A DNA stretch of 64,000 bases. It comes from Octopus sinensis. Its lineage: Eukaryota. Of this stretch, positions 10,956-23,370 are shown piece by piece (position 1 is the first letter of the stretch; every line of letters starts with the position of its first letter). The notes beneath the pieces are model-generated. The model saw only the letters and a list, made by a program, of their open reading frames with translations, made no database searches and was not told where the DNA came from. The translations under genes were made by a program, and so were the position numbers. The stretch lies in contig NC_043000.1 in the NCBI RefSeq assembly GCF_006345805.1, positions 154,380,001-154,444,000 of the forward strand, in the 5' to 3' direction.

Positions 10956-12805
10956 TCATTTATTTACCACCAGGGCGAAGGATGGGGGAACAATACAAAG
11001 ACAGACATAAAGTGTAGGGGTTTATATATAATGGAATGGTAAAAATAAAAAGTATACACGGTATACATTAGAAGAAGGGAAGTATACATAGTATATGACA
11101 CTGTAAAAAGAGGGGAGGAAAGGATCGTGATGGGATCCTCCTGATTCAGGAGGACCTCTAGGGATAATCAAGGAACCCCACCATCCTAGATCAGTTTGAG
11201 TACCCTGGACGAGAGTCTTCTCCAATTTCTTTCTTCCGACTCACAGGTCTACACTGAGAATGGTACCATCCACTCAGGCCATTTTTGCATCTTTCACCCA
11301 CCTTTTGATAAATTCAGTCGAGGACAGCCCCTCCCTTTCCATCCTCACTTTCCTTTTCAAGTGAAACTTGAAAAAGTCGATGAGGGTTTTACCAAAGAGG
11401 AAAGTCTCTGTCCTCATTCCTTTCAGCCTCGTCCACCAGATAACCGCTTTCGCCACAGCCACCTAAGGAAAACTGCCTTGCCAACCCGATTAAAGAAAGA
11501 CGGCGGAGTAATCCTCAGTATGGACTCGGACGACAGACGGTTCTGTCCTACACGCGACAGCAGCTGTTGGACATAACTCCACAAGCCAGCAAAGCCCGGG
11601 TACTGAACGAGTGCATGCAGGACGGTTTCGTCCTTCTGCGAGCATCTCGGATAAGCCCCTCTGACAGCACACGTCCGTGCCTGTAGAGTTTATCTCGAAC
11701 CGGTAGCGCCCCCTGGTAGCACTGCCAGGCCAAAGACATCTGGTAATTATCCATAACAGTCCCCAACCGGAAAGTCCTCCGGAATAGACTTACCAGTTCG
11801 TCTTCGTCGACGTCTAGGGTCTCCCCGGGGATATCGTCGCACTTCTCCGCTACTAATCCTCTGTAAATATCTAGAGTGGATTTCGATTGGGCATCTGGAA
11901 AGGCAGATCTGTGAGACACGCCTCTGTCTTCTACAAGTCGGGCAACAGGATCAGTGGATGTTGCCCACTGATCCTGTTGTCCGACTTGTAGAGGACAGTC
12001 TCGGTCAATCCTTTACTCAAAACTGCAGCTCCATCAAGGAGAGAAGTTGCGGAAAGGCGTGTCTCACAAACGGCGCCCACACACGTTCACCTTCTAGAAA
12101 TCGCTGCAGGTGGCGCAACATGAGTGCGTGTCTGCACATTAAAATCCATGGCATGCCTAAGCCGCCACGCAAAGAAAGTTGGCAGCAGACTGACCGCCTG
12201 ACCACTGGAACGCGTCCTGTCCACAAGAAAATAAACAGGATACACTCAAATCTAATCAAGCAGTTACTGGGGCAAAGCACAACGGTCAGACGATAAATGA
12301 CAGAGGTGATGTAGGCATTCGCCCGATCTTTCAGGGACAACTTCCTCCCTGCCCATTTCTGGGTAAGAGAGGTAACCCTGTTCGTCACCTCTTCCCAACT
12401 CTTATCCACCTGGAGGTCGGGACCAAATCGGATCCCAAGCAGTTTCACTGGTCCGTCAGTCCAGCGTCCGACGGCATCGATCTGCCTCTCCAGGTGCCCA
12501 GTCGCAATCCCACTGACTTGTCGGCATTGATTTTAGCCCCTGTAACCGACTCATATTCCTTTACAATAAAGCCGTCTGTCTCCACTTCGGAAGCGTCCGA
12601 CACCATGACGGCGACGTCGTCCGCGTATGCAGACACTGCCCTCCCAAGTCCAATTTCGAAAGGGAGGCCTCTTAACTGTTCCAACTTCCACAGCAGTGAC
12701 TCGAGAGCCAGAATATACAGAAGAGGTGACAGCAGGCAGCCCTGACGGACCGAACGTGTGATACTAAGCGGTCCCGATAGGTGGCCATTTACTTTGACCA
12801 TCGAA
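10955..12805 (-). pseudogene. 5'-truncated L1/Tx1-clade non-LTR retrotransposon (RT, C-terminal zinc-binding region, 3' UTR)
   Basis: RSVRQGCLLSPLLYILALESLL, SAYADDV, KINADKSVGL, LLGIRFGPD, WQCYQGALPVRDKL; stops and frameshifts; 3' UTR ends AATAAA then (ATC/ATT)n. Confidence 0.92.
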
Positions 12806-13505
12806 CAATTTAGATGCAATGATATACTGCATCTATATTGTATTTCTCTTTCGTTTTCATATCAAATTCGATCAGCATCAATAAAATAAGATCCAATAAT
12901 ATATTGAGGTTAATTTAATTACGGCTCTCATCAAATGAGCTTGTGTCAAGCTTTTTTCAGAAAGAAAAAGTATATTTATTATTAGCATCGGCTATAAGGT
13001 GAAGAGCGGCAGAATCGTTAGCATGTTGGACAAAATGCTAAGCGACATTTCTTGTGACTTTACATTTCGAGTTCAAATTCCACTGAGGTCGACCTTATCT
13101 TTTGGGGTTCGATAAAATAACAATCAATCAAATACTAGAAATGATATTTCGTTTATGGATTTGGTTTGCAGGATTCTTTATATGAGTTCATGTGTTGAAG
13201 CATATTCTGTTTTGTCTGGGGAGAGTCATTTTCATTTTCAAAACTATTGAAAAGGTTGCAAGACGCAACGGAAATTTTAGGAAAATAGAAATAAGAAAAA
13301 AAGTGGACATTTTACCGGTGAGTGTGTTACATTATAAGGCACAAAAATGCGGTAGACTGACAGAATCGTTAAGGTGTCGGACAAAATGATTTGTGTTTTT
13401 TGTGTCGGCTCATTTCGTTTTTAGGTCAAATCCCCCACCAAGATTAATTTTCATCCTTCCGGGGTCTTTAACCCTTTAGCATTCTGAATACTTTGTCAAA
13501 TGTAA

Positions 13506-13927
13506 GGATCTTTTCGGTTTGAGCGGCAGTTTTTAACATAATTTCTAGGTAACTAAAAAATTTAAAACTTCGTATACTGGTAGAATGTGTTTATAAAACA
13601 TCTTTTTCTCTTGGCTTTATTGAGAAAATTCTATAGTTTATAAGATATTTGTTGTTGTCTTTTCCTCAATTTCTGCAATTTCAACCAATCAATGACGTGT
13701 ATTGAGGTAAAAAACATTCCGTGCCGTATGAATATGTCCCTCGTTTAAGAAACAGATTGGGTTTATTTACATTTGTGAAGAAAAAAAGATACCCTTCCAC
13801 CCACCCCTAACTAACCCTAACCCTAAAACAGATTGAAATGCAATAGATCGATACTAGGGTCATAATTATGGGTGACAATTTCATATGACACCGCTAGAAA
13901 AAACTGCCGTTCAAACCGAAAAGATTC
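13506..13927. mobile_element. MITE with ~28-bp TIRs (ggatcttttcggtttgaacggcagtttt) and internal CCCTAA motifs
   Basis: TIRs at both ends; homologous copies at 17749, 18105 and 47041; superfamily uncertain. Confidence 0.85.
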
Positions 13928-14394
13928 AAATGTAATGCTTATTTATTCGCATTGTTTTGAGTTAATTACACATTATCTTGTTACCTTGAGATTTCAATAA
14001 TGTTATTGTTTATTTTTAGAATGAAACTGTATGGTAGGTGTGAGAGGCATGATCTAGTTAGATTGAACACAAAACAAATAGAATATTTGGTAAACTTGAT
14101 ATGGCCGGTTTGAATGCTAAAGAGTTAAAAGAAAGATACTAGCTCAGGACGGCAGATTATCATTGATGGAATTGTTAGAGCGTTGAATAAAATGTGTCGC
14201 AGTATTTGTTCCTGTCTCTTACATTCCACATTCGCCTGCGATGCCACGGGTGGAAAACTGTATCGACCCTTGAACAACATTGGAAGCAGGAAGAAGGAGA
14301 AACATGTTGCGAACATGCTACGCAGGCAGTTGGTGGCTTTTCCTTAAAAAAAATTACTCAGACCAGCACTATAGATAGGAACTTTACAAGTTCA

Positions 14395-14559
14395 TAGGCG
14401 CAGGAGTGGTTGTGTGATAAGCAGCTTGCTTACCAACCACAAGGTTCCGGGTTCAGTCCCACTGCGTAGCACCTTGGGCAAGTGTCTTCTACTTTAGCCT
14501 CGGGCCAACCAAAGCCTTGTGAGTGGATTTGGAAGACGGAAACTGAAAGAGGCCCGTCG

Positions 14560-14594
<35 letters not shown>

Positions 14595-14815
14595 GCGTGT
14601 ATATGTTTGTGTGTCTGTGTTTGTCCCCCCAACATCACTTGACAACCGATAGTGGTGTGTTTATGTCCCCGTAACTTAGCGGTTCGGCAAAAGAGACCGA
14701 TAGAATAAGTACTAGGCTTACAAAGAATAAGTCCTGGGGTCAATTTGCTCGACTAAAGGCGGTGCTCCAGCATGGCCGCAGTCAAATGACTGAAACAAGT
14801 AAAAGAGTAAGAGTA
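14395..14815 (+). mobile_element. SINE family A, full length
   Basis: Homology to 7580-7990. Confidence 0.92.
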
Positions 14816-15764
14816 CATACATGGTCAGCCATGCCCAACGGAGTCCTTCGGTTTATATATATATAAAGTGATACAGCTTTAATGAATCAAGTGCATGGTA
14901 GATCTTCGATTCTTTTCGAAATCTACTTCACCATCCATCACGTCTATCTTAAATGAGTTTAGAGAGAGATATGAGTGTCATAATGTTATATTCACCCCTA
15001 CTCACCCCATGAAACAACTGAAGTCTCCTATAATAATAAGCTACAGTGATAACGCCATAGCCTGAAGGTTTATGTCACGACCTTGTTTATAAGTTCTATG
15101 GTAGTAATTCCCAAATTGATCATAAATCCCAAGCACATATTTTACACATAATAGTCACCACCCTGATTCGAAAAAGGCATTAAGTGAAATAAATATTGCA
15201 TTATAGGAATAATTTTTTCGTGTGTGTGTGCGTGTATATGTGTGTGTGTGGTGAATACATTTATATCTAAAACATTTCGTGGAAACCCACTTGGGAAATA
15301 GCATTGTGGTGGAACCATATTGCTGGAACCTCTTGTATATTCAGAAATCATTGTTTATAACGAGTGAATTAACTAAAATTTTTCAGGGTAAAGGAATATT
15401 TTGTGGGGAAGCCATAGCTATATGATTCGAGGGCTATCAGTTAGCTAATCAGACTTTTCTGTCTTAAACTGATGCGTAGAACAACGCTTGTTTTACATCA
15501 TTTGTATACTATTAGAAAGTAGAAACTATCATTCCAGTTTGTGAAACAGTAAAGCGTTAATACCATCTCTTTCTTTAATGTGAGTTCAAATTCAGCTGGT
15601 GTTTGTTTTGGTTTCCCTCTATCTGTGACTGATAAGTACCAGAATAAACTCGAGCAAGGATCAAATACTCCCAAAATTTGGTAAAATTTTAAAAAATTTC
15701 TAATTTAGGTACAAGGCCAGCAATTTTTAAAGGGAGGTGGGTAAGTGGATACTATCGAATCCTG

Positions 15765-15994
15765 TATACTCTTTCTCTTTACTCTTTTACTTGTTTCAGT
15801 CATTTGACTGCGGCCATGCTGGAGCACTGCCTTTAGTCGAGGAAATCGACCCCAGGACTTATTCTTTGTAAGCATAGTACTTATTCTGTCTGTCTTTTTT
15901 GCAGAACCGCTAAGTTACGGCGACGTAAACACACCAGCATCGGTTGTCAAGCGATGTTGGGGGGGGGGACAAACACAGACACTCTCTCTCTCTC

Positions 15995-16051
<57 letters not shown>

Positions 16052-16165
16052 CGACGGGCTTCTTTCAGTTTCCGTCTACCAAATCCACTCACAAGGCATT
16101 GGTCGGCCCGAGGCTATAGTAGAAGACACTTGCCCAAGGTGCCACGCAAGCCACTCCGGTGCCTA
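15765..16165 (-). mobile_element. SINE family A with a deletion in the tRNA head
   Basis: Homology; gccacgca joined directly to agccactcc. Confidence 0.88.
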
Positions 16166-16329
16166 TGTGACAGGTAGTTTATATTACAGACCTCGAAAAG
16201 ATAAACAGTTGACTACAGCGGGATTTGAACTGATAATGTAAAGAGCTGAAAGAAACATTGTAATGAATTTTTTCCGATACTCCAACGATTCTGACAGATT
16301 GAATAATAATTCTATCAAAATTTAGAAGA

Positions 16330-16720
16330 CCAACAATTTTGGAGGGAAGGGGTGAGACAATTACATAGACCCAAGTACCTGACTGGTACTTTACGTATTT
16401 CATCGATCCTGAAAGGATGAAAGGCAAATTGATCTCTCCAAGATTAGAACTCAGAATGTAAAGAGTCGGAAGAAATGATAAATCTCTTGTTCGACGCGTT
16501 AACGATTCTGCCAGCTTGCTTGAATAATAGTAAAAATGGTTTCTAATGTAGGTACAAGGCCAGTAATTTCGAGGGGTGGGGTTAATTGATACAGTAGTCC
16601 CTAGTGCTCACGTGATGTTTATTGTATCGATCTTGAAAGAATGAAAGGCAAAAATCGACCTTGGTAGAATTTGAACTCAGCGTAATGAGTCGGAAGAAAT
16701 GCTGTTAAGCATTTTGTTCG
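16330..16720 (-). mobile_element. two degraded SINE family B copies
   Basis: gaaaggatgaaaggcaaa...gaactcagaatgtaaagag motifs occur twice. Confidence 0.7.
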
Positions 16721-16739
16721 ATTTTTGTTCCTTCTCGAG

Positions 16740-17017
16740 CCATGCCTAGCTCATAAGGGCCGGTTTCTTGGCGTATAGGTTTCCCACCTGGACGGGACGC
16801 CGGTCCATCGCAGGTGAGCTGCAAGATGTAGGAGGAAAGAGTGAGAGAAAGTTGTGTCGAAAGAGTCAGCAGAAGTTTCGCCATTACCTTCTGCCGGAAC
16901 CGCGTGGAGCTTAGGTGTTTCGCTCATAAACACACACATCGCCCGGTCTGAGATTCGAACCTGCGATCCCTCGACCGCGAGTCCGCTGTTCTAACCACTA
17001 GGCCAATGAGCCTCCAC
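16740..17017 (-). mobile_element. SINE family C, full length, tRNA-like head
   Basis: Minus strand gtggaggctcattggcctagtggttagaacagcggactcgcggtcgagggatcgcaggttcgaatctc has A and B boxes. Confidence 0.88.
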
Positions 17018-17029
17018 ATTTTGTTCGAT

Positions 17030-17240
17030 GAACTAATGATTCTGCCAGCTCGCTGCCCTAATAATCCTTTCTACTTATAGGCATAAGGCCTGAAATTTGT
17101 GGGGGCGGGGATTGTCGATTACATTGACCCCGATGTTCAAATAGTACTAATATAATCAACTCTGAAAGGGAGGAAGGCAAAGTTGATCTCGGCGGGATTT
17201 GAACTCAGAACGTAAAGACGAACGAAAGACCGCCAAATAT
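17030..17240 (-). mobile_element. SINE family B
   Basis: Homology to other copies. Confidence 0.75.
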
Positions 17241-17748
17241 TTTGTCCGGCGTGTTGTGTGGCCGAAAATGTAACTCATAGGCTGAAAAATCCAACTTTTC
17301 TATAATCTGAGACCAAATTCTTATGACTCATTTGCCTCAGTAGATAAAAATAGCTGAAGTCGCTGGTGCTTAACCCTAAACTGACTTATAATGAAAGGGT
17401 TTCAACCATGACCGTCCCGCCTTTGGGGAATATTTAGTGTGACATTCTCTTAGTGGTACTCAGTCTTTTGTGACTCAGAGCCCCTTCACCGAAAAGTGTT
17501 TTTTTATAAACGTCTCTAAATATACTTTGAAAAAAGTAGTTCATTGTTTATATTTTCTTAAACTATACCATCCAGCTTGAACCTAGTAGATACTACGAAG
17601 ACTAGTATCGTCTATGTTAAGATTTTATGAAAAATAGTAAAGAAGACAATTATGTTGTACCTCGGCGTATCTTCAGTCATGTTTATGCTCACTGGTAACT
17701 CAATGTCCTACTCATATTCAAATACCGACAAAGGTATTTTCAAAAATG

Positions 17749-18521
17749 GGATCTTTTCGGTTTGAACGGCAGTTTTTAAAAAATAATTTCCACGTAACTA
17801 AACACTTTTAAACTTCGTATACTTGTACAATGTGTTTATAAAACATCTTTTTCTCTTGGCTTATTGAAAAAATTCTATAGTTTGTAAGATATTTGTTGTG
17901 TTTTTTCTTCAATTTCTGCAATTTCAGCCAATCAATGACGTCTACTGAGGTGAAAACATTCTGTGCCGTATGAATTTGTCCCTCGTTTAAGAAACAGATT
18001 GGGTTTATTTACATTTCTGAAGGTAAAAAAAGATACCCTTCCCCCACCCCTAACCCTAACCCTAAAACAGATAAAAATACAAGAGACATACTAATAAAGT
18101 CTTGGGATCTTTTCGGTTTGAACGGCAGTTTTAAATAATTTCCACGTAACTAAACACTTTTAAACTTCGTATACTGGTAGAATGTGTTTATAAAACATCT
18201 TTTTCTCTTGGCTTTATTGAGAAAATTCTATGGTTTGTAAGATATTTGTTGTTGTTTTTTCTTCAATTTCTGCAATTTCAGCCAATCAATGACGTCTACT
18301 GAAGTGAAAACATTCTGTGCCGTATGAATATGTCCCTCGTTTAAGAAACAGATTGGGTTTATTTACATTTGCTATGAAAAAAAGATACCCTTCCCCCACC
18401 CCTAACTAACCCTAACCCTAAAACAGATTGAAATGCAATAGATCGATACTAGGGTCATAATTATGGATGACAATTTCATATGACACCGCTAGAAAAACTG
18501 CCGTTCAAAACGAAAAGATCC
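17749..18521. mobile_element. tandem pair of CCCTAA-containing MITEs (17749-~18075 truncated; 18105-18521 complete)
   Basis: Two successive ggatcttttcggtttgaacggcag starts; one right TIR ending gaaaagatcc. Confidence 0.88.
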
Positions 18522-18764
18522 TAAAAATGCTTAAAATATTATTTTTTTTTTATTTCTAAGAAAAATTACGATCCCTCTAAACACTCAACGTCCCCTTTGG
18601 TATTTGCCACTCTTTATTGCTCACAACGTTTGCAAGAGAAGACAACCACTGCCCATGTTAAGCATCATTGCATTGTCTAATGTCTTTTTTTGTAAAATGG
18701 TAGGTTGTGAATTAAGGAAGATTTGGCTGGTATTTCTAGCGGATCAAGCAATATTTTTTTCTCT

Positions 18765-18965
18765 ACTCTAGGCACAAGGCCCGAAATTTGGGGAGAGGGA
18801 GCCAGTCGATTAGATCGACCCCAGTACACACCTGGTACTTAATTTATCGACCCTGAAAGGATGAAAAGCAAAGTCGACCTCGGCCGAATTTGAACTCAGA
18901 ACGTAAAGACAACGAAATACTGCTAAGCATTTCGCCCGGCGTGCTAACGTTTCTGCCAGCTCGCC
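18765..18965 (-). mobile_element. SINE family B
   Basis: Homology to other copies. Confidence 0.88.
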
Positions 18966-19049
18966 ACCAATAATTAGAAGCTCTTTCGTTGTCTCGAATT
19001 GGTACCTGTCATTTTTAAAGATTGATTTAAGCTGCTTAAATCCTCCGTT

Positions 19050-19255
19050 ATAAGGCGGTGAGCTGGCAGAATCGTTAGCAAGTCGGACAAAATGCTTTGC
19101 AGCATTTCTGCCGGCTCTTTATGTTCTAGGTTCAAATCCCACCCGGGTCTTCTATACCTTTTATTCCCTCGGAGTCAATAAAATAAAGTACCAATCAACT
19201 ATTAGGGTCGATGTAATCGGTTTGCTGCCACCCCTTAAAACTGCTGGCCTTGAAC
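19050..19255 (+). mobile_element. SINE family B, degraded
   Basis: aaggcggtgagctggcagaatcgttagc head. Confidence 0.75.
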
Positions 19256-19359
19256 CCGGCAAAAGACCAGGTCCTGTTCAGGGAAATGTTGTAAACCCGG
19301 TCACTTGCACGCCATGAAAGCTGAACAGTTGCCCTTATGAAGTCTTGAACTCGAGAAAA

Positions 19360-19755
19360 AAAATTTCCTGCGTTATAAGTAGCTTGCTAACCAACCACAT
19401 GGTTCCGGGTTCAGTCCCACTGCGTGGCATCTTGGGCAAGTGTCTTCTGCTATAGCCCCGGGCCGACCAATGCCTTGTGAGTGGATTTGGTAGACGGAAA
19501 CTGAAAGAAGCCTGTCGTATATAAATGTATATATATATGTGTGTATGTGTGTGTGTTTGTGTTTGTCGCCCCAACATCGCTTGACAACCGATGCTGGTGT
19601 GTTTACGTCCCCGTCACTTAGCGGTTCGGCAAAAGAGAACCGATAGAATAAGTACTGGGCTTTCAAAGAATAAGTCCCGGGGTCGAATTGCTCGACTAAA
19701 GGCGGTGCTCCAGCATGGCCGCAGTCAAATGACTGAAACAAGTAAAAGAGTAAAG
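19360..19755 (+). mobile_element. SINE family A
   Basis: Homology to other copies. Confidence 0.92.
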
Positions 19756-19932
19756 AAACCGTTTGTCAGATAATATCATTACAATTCAAAGTAACTGTAG
19801 CAGCAACCATTGTTAAAGCGGTGTCATATCTATAAAAAAAAAAATCCAAGCATATATCATAGTCAGCCTTAGTGAGAAGAACTAATCAGTAGAGCAACGG
19901 ATAAAATGACTATCACTATATAGTTACATCTC

Positions 19933-20365
19933 AGGCGGCGAGCTGGCAGAAACGTTAGCATGCCGGGCAATAATGCTAAGCGGTATTTCGTCTGGCGTTA
20001 CGTTCTGAGTTCAAATTCCGCCGAGGTCGACTTTGCCTTTCATCCTTTCGGGGTCGATAAATTAAGTACCAGTTACGCACTGGGGTCGATATAATCGACT
20101 TAATCCGTTTGACTGTCCTTGTTTGTCCCCTCTATGTTTAACCTCTTGTGAGCAGTAAAGAAATAAGAATCGTTTGCACGCCGGGTAAAATGCTTAAAAA
20201 TATTTGGTCTGTCTTTACGTTCTGGGTCCAAATTTTATCGAGGTCGAAGTTGCTTTTCATCTTTTTCGGGGTCGATGAAATAAGTACCAGTTGAAAACTG
20301 AGGTCGATGTAATCGACTTACGTCTACCCCGAAATTGCTGGCCTTGTGCTAACATTTGAAACCAA
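19933..20365 (+). mobile_element. SINE family B dimer
   Basis: Two central domains, first with tail 1 and second with tail 2. Confidence 0.88.
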
Positions 20366-21539
20366 TATATATATAATTACGTCTCTTTATGTGAGTTCAG
20401 ATCCGTTTGATTTTCATTCTGAAATAAGTATCAGGGAAGTGGCAAAGCTGACTTAATTTATTTTTCTTCCTCGCAAATTGTGTGCCTGTGTTAGAAATAA
20501 TTTATTAAATGGTAATATCTTTGACCTGGTAGCAATAATACGGTTGTATGCTGTTATCAGTTTTGTTCGTTGTGTATCTCGTTTGAATACGTGGTAAGCC
20601 ACTCCTTGAGTCAATTGTTTCCGGCTGTTGAAGAACTGGCTCTGCGACTGTTTTAATCAGTCATCGTTGCTGCCTGTTGAATTATATTTGAGGAGCGGGA
20701 AGTTGTGTAAGATGAGACGAAGTGTAAGATGAGGGAAAGTCTAAGCTGTGAAAATAGTGGAAAGAATTACGAAGTAAAAGCGGGAAGAAAAACTAGAAAA
20801 GAAAATTGAAAAAGAGAGAAAAATAATAGGTAAAAAATGTAATACCGAAAGAATAGAAACCCGAAAATAGAAAATGTAATACTTAAAATTGAATAAGTTC
20901 AAACTTATTCAATATTACAAATTGTTTTAACTGATTTTAAAATTTATTTATTTATTTATTTGCTTATTTATTCAGACAAATCACTAGTTTCCTCAGACGG
21001 TAATTTTGTTTTTCTCTGCGAATATAGAGAATCTGTAATAGAGGAAATAAATGGCAAAAATCTAGAAATACGACAGAAAACGTGTAATGTATTAAAAGAA
21101 AAAAAATATGCTATAAATAAGTCAATAAAATAATAATAAAAGGATGGTGAGAGAAACAAGATGATGGTGTGTATAAGAGGCACATGGGAAAAAGGTTATT
21201 GTATACAAGGAACCGAAGTAATAGATTTTACTGATAATGTATGCTGGCTTACGGAAAGAACCCCAGGGAAGTGTTCTGCATCCTAAGTACATATACACTA
21301 TATTGCATGCATATGTAATATAGTGAGTTTGCAAAACTCCGATTAACTGAGATTATCCATCCAGTCAGATGATAAGAACTTCCTCCAGGGTATGTTTTAA
21401 ATCCGAAAACAACATGCAAAGAAGGTAACTTCTATATAATCAAGTATTTGAAGTATTTGGAAGATAAAAACAAAGCCGATCTCAGTTAAAAGAATTTTTC
21501 CTATTCACTATATTACATATATCAGACCAAGTCGTATAC

Positions 21540-21955
21540 TCTTTTTACTCTTTTACTCTTTTACTCGTTTCAGTCATTTGACTGCGGCCATGCTGGAGCA
21601 CCGCCTTTAATCAAGCAACTCGACCCCGGGACTTATTCTTTGTAAGCCCAGTACTTATTCTATCGGTCTCTTTTTGCCGAACCGCTAAGTGACGGGGACA
21701 TAAACACACCAGCATCGGTTGTCAAACAATGCTAGGGGGACAAACACAGACACACAAACATACACACACATACATATATATATACATATATACGACGGGC
21801 TTCTTTCAGTTTCCGTCTACCAAATCTACTCACAAGGCTTTGGTCGGCCCGAGGCTATAGTAGAAGACACTTACCCAAGGTGCCACGCCGTGGGACTGAA
21901 CCCGGAACCATGTGGTTGGTAGGCAAGCTACTTACCACACAGCCACTCCTGCGCC
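21540..21955 (-). mobile_element. SINE family A, full length
   Basis: Homology to other copies. Confidence 0.92.
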
Positions 21956-22988
21956 TATATGTATATTTTTTGCATGCAATACACGTTCCTGTGGTATTGC
22001 ATGCCGTATTATCTTCGCCATATTCTAGATTTCATAATCAATTTTTCTGTTTCCTCTCTTTCTATAAACAATTTCTGCATGTAATTTCTGTTTTAAGTCT
22101 TACCAACTGAGCAGTTCTAATAAGACTGGGACACATCCGTTACTTTCATTGGTTGCATTCGAAGACTAAATCCATTCCCATTAGTTCCAACTGGCGAATA
22201 AACTAGTTCCACTCTATGAGTACACGAAGTTTCAAATTATTTAGTTAACTAGAAAGATCTGGGGTCCTGGCCACGATATTGAAAAGATCCGCATTTTTAT
22301 TAAAAAAAAAAAAAAACAACGAAAAAGCAGCTTGTTGATTTTATTTCAGTTACATTCATTGCTTGTTATTTTTAGATTTTAAACACTCCTGTATTTTTGT
22401 TTACTGATTGCATGGATAATGTAAGCAAATTTAATTTTTATTTATATTTTACTGTATTATATATATTTGAGATCCTATTGTAAGTATAATAAATTTTAGC
22501 CGTCCCCTTTCTGCGAAGCAACTGTCGATTGCAACCGGACATAATATTCTTTGTATTTTTATAAGGACACAATCTCTCCGCTTTTTATTCGTAGCAGTTG
22601 TTTTGGCAAGAATTGCAAAATTTTCTTGAGTCTACTCCAATATTTCCAATTGTTTCAGTAAATAAGATATGAACAAAGTAAACTATCATAGGGAATATTG
22701 ACCTAAATTACTGAATTGATAAGGTTTATCGTGGTAAGATGTTGGATAGATTAGCGGACGATGCTAACTGACCATCACCAGTCTCAAATTGTGATTTTGA
22801 ACTGACCGTTAAATAGTGAACTGTGAGGTCAATTTAACACATTCAGAAGGGAAATCTGATGTGTGGGGGTTATATTGCTTTTCTTTTCTTTTCTTTGGTT
22901 AAAATCTTATAAAGATTAAAACTCTGTCTGAACATTAAGTTTAAAACTTAAAATAAATGAGTTTCAATTGGAGTAAAACATCAGAAAG

Positions 22989-23017
<29 letters not shown>

Positions 23018-23020
<3 letters not shown>

Positions 23021-23220
23021 CCGCGTGTGTACCGTTGGCGATTTTTTTCCTCTGTCTTCCCTTCTCTGGATCTTTCCTTCTCCTATATTTCCGACGAAGA
23101 GCTCCGCTCGAAACTTTAAACCCTCCTTCTTCCCTTTCTTCCTGAGCGTCCAATAATACTATATTTGTTCCACGTCTTCGCGTTGTTGTGTTTTCTCCTT
23201 GTGTTTTCATGTTTGGATTA

Positions 23221-23225
<5 letters not shown>
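23018..23225 (+). mobile_element. ~200-bp hammerhead-bearing element inside (TA)n, mutated core
   Basis: Homologous to 32203-32405; core reads CCGACGA...GAAACUUU. Confidence 0.75.
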
Positions 23226-23258
<33 letters not shown>

Positions 23259-23370
23259 CAGGGTAAGAAAAAATTTTTAGAAATTTTTACTACCAGTGGC
23301 CTAGCGTGTAGAAAAATTAGTCAATAGACTATTTATTATTCATATAAATACAGTGTACATTTAAACACAC

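Noticed and set aside
13800-13830. CCCTAA repeats as interstitial telomere
   Set aside because: Only 2-3 units, at a fixed position inside a MITE family
16940-17017. tRNA-like sequence
   Set aside because: It is the head of SINE-C (also at 48250-48325) and continues into the SINE body; not a tRNA gene
22500-22660. Possible piggyBac Cys-rich C-terminus on the minus strand
   Set aside because: Only LC...CF spacing; too degenerate
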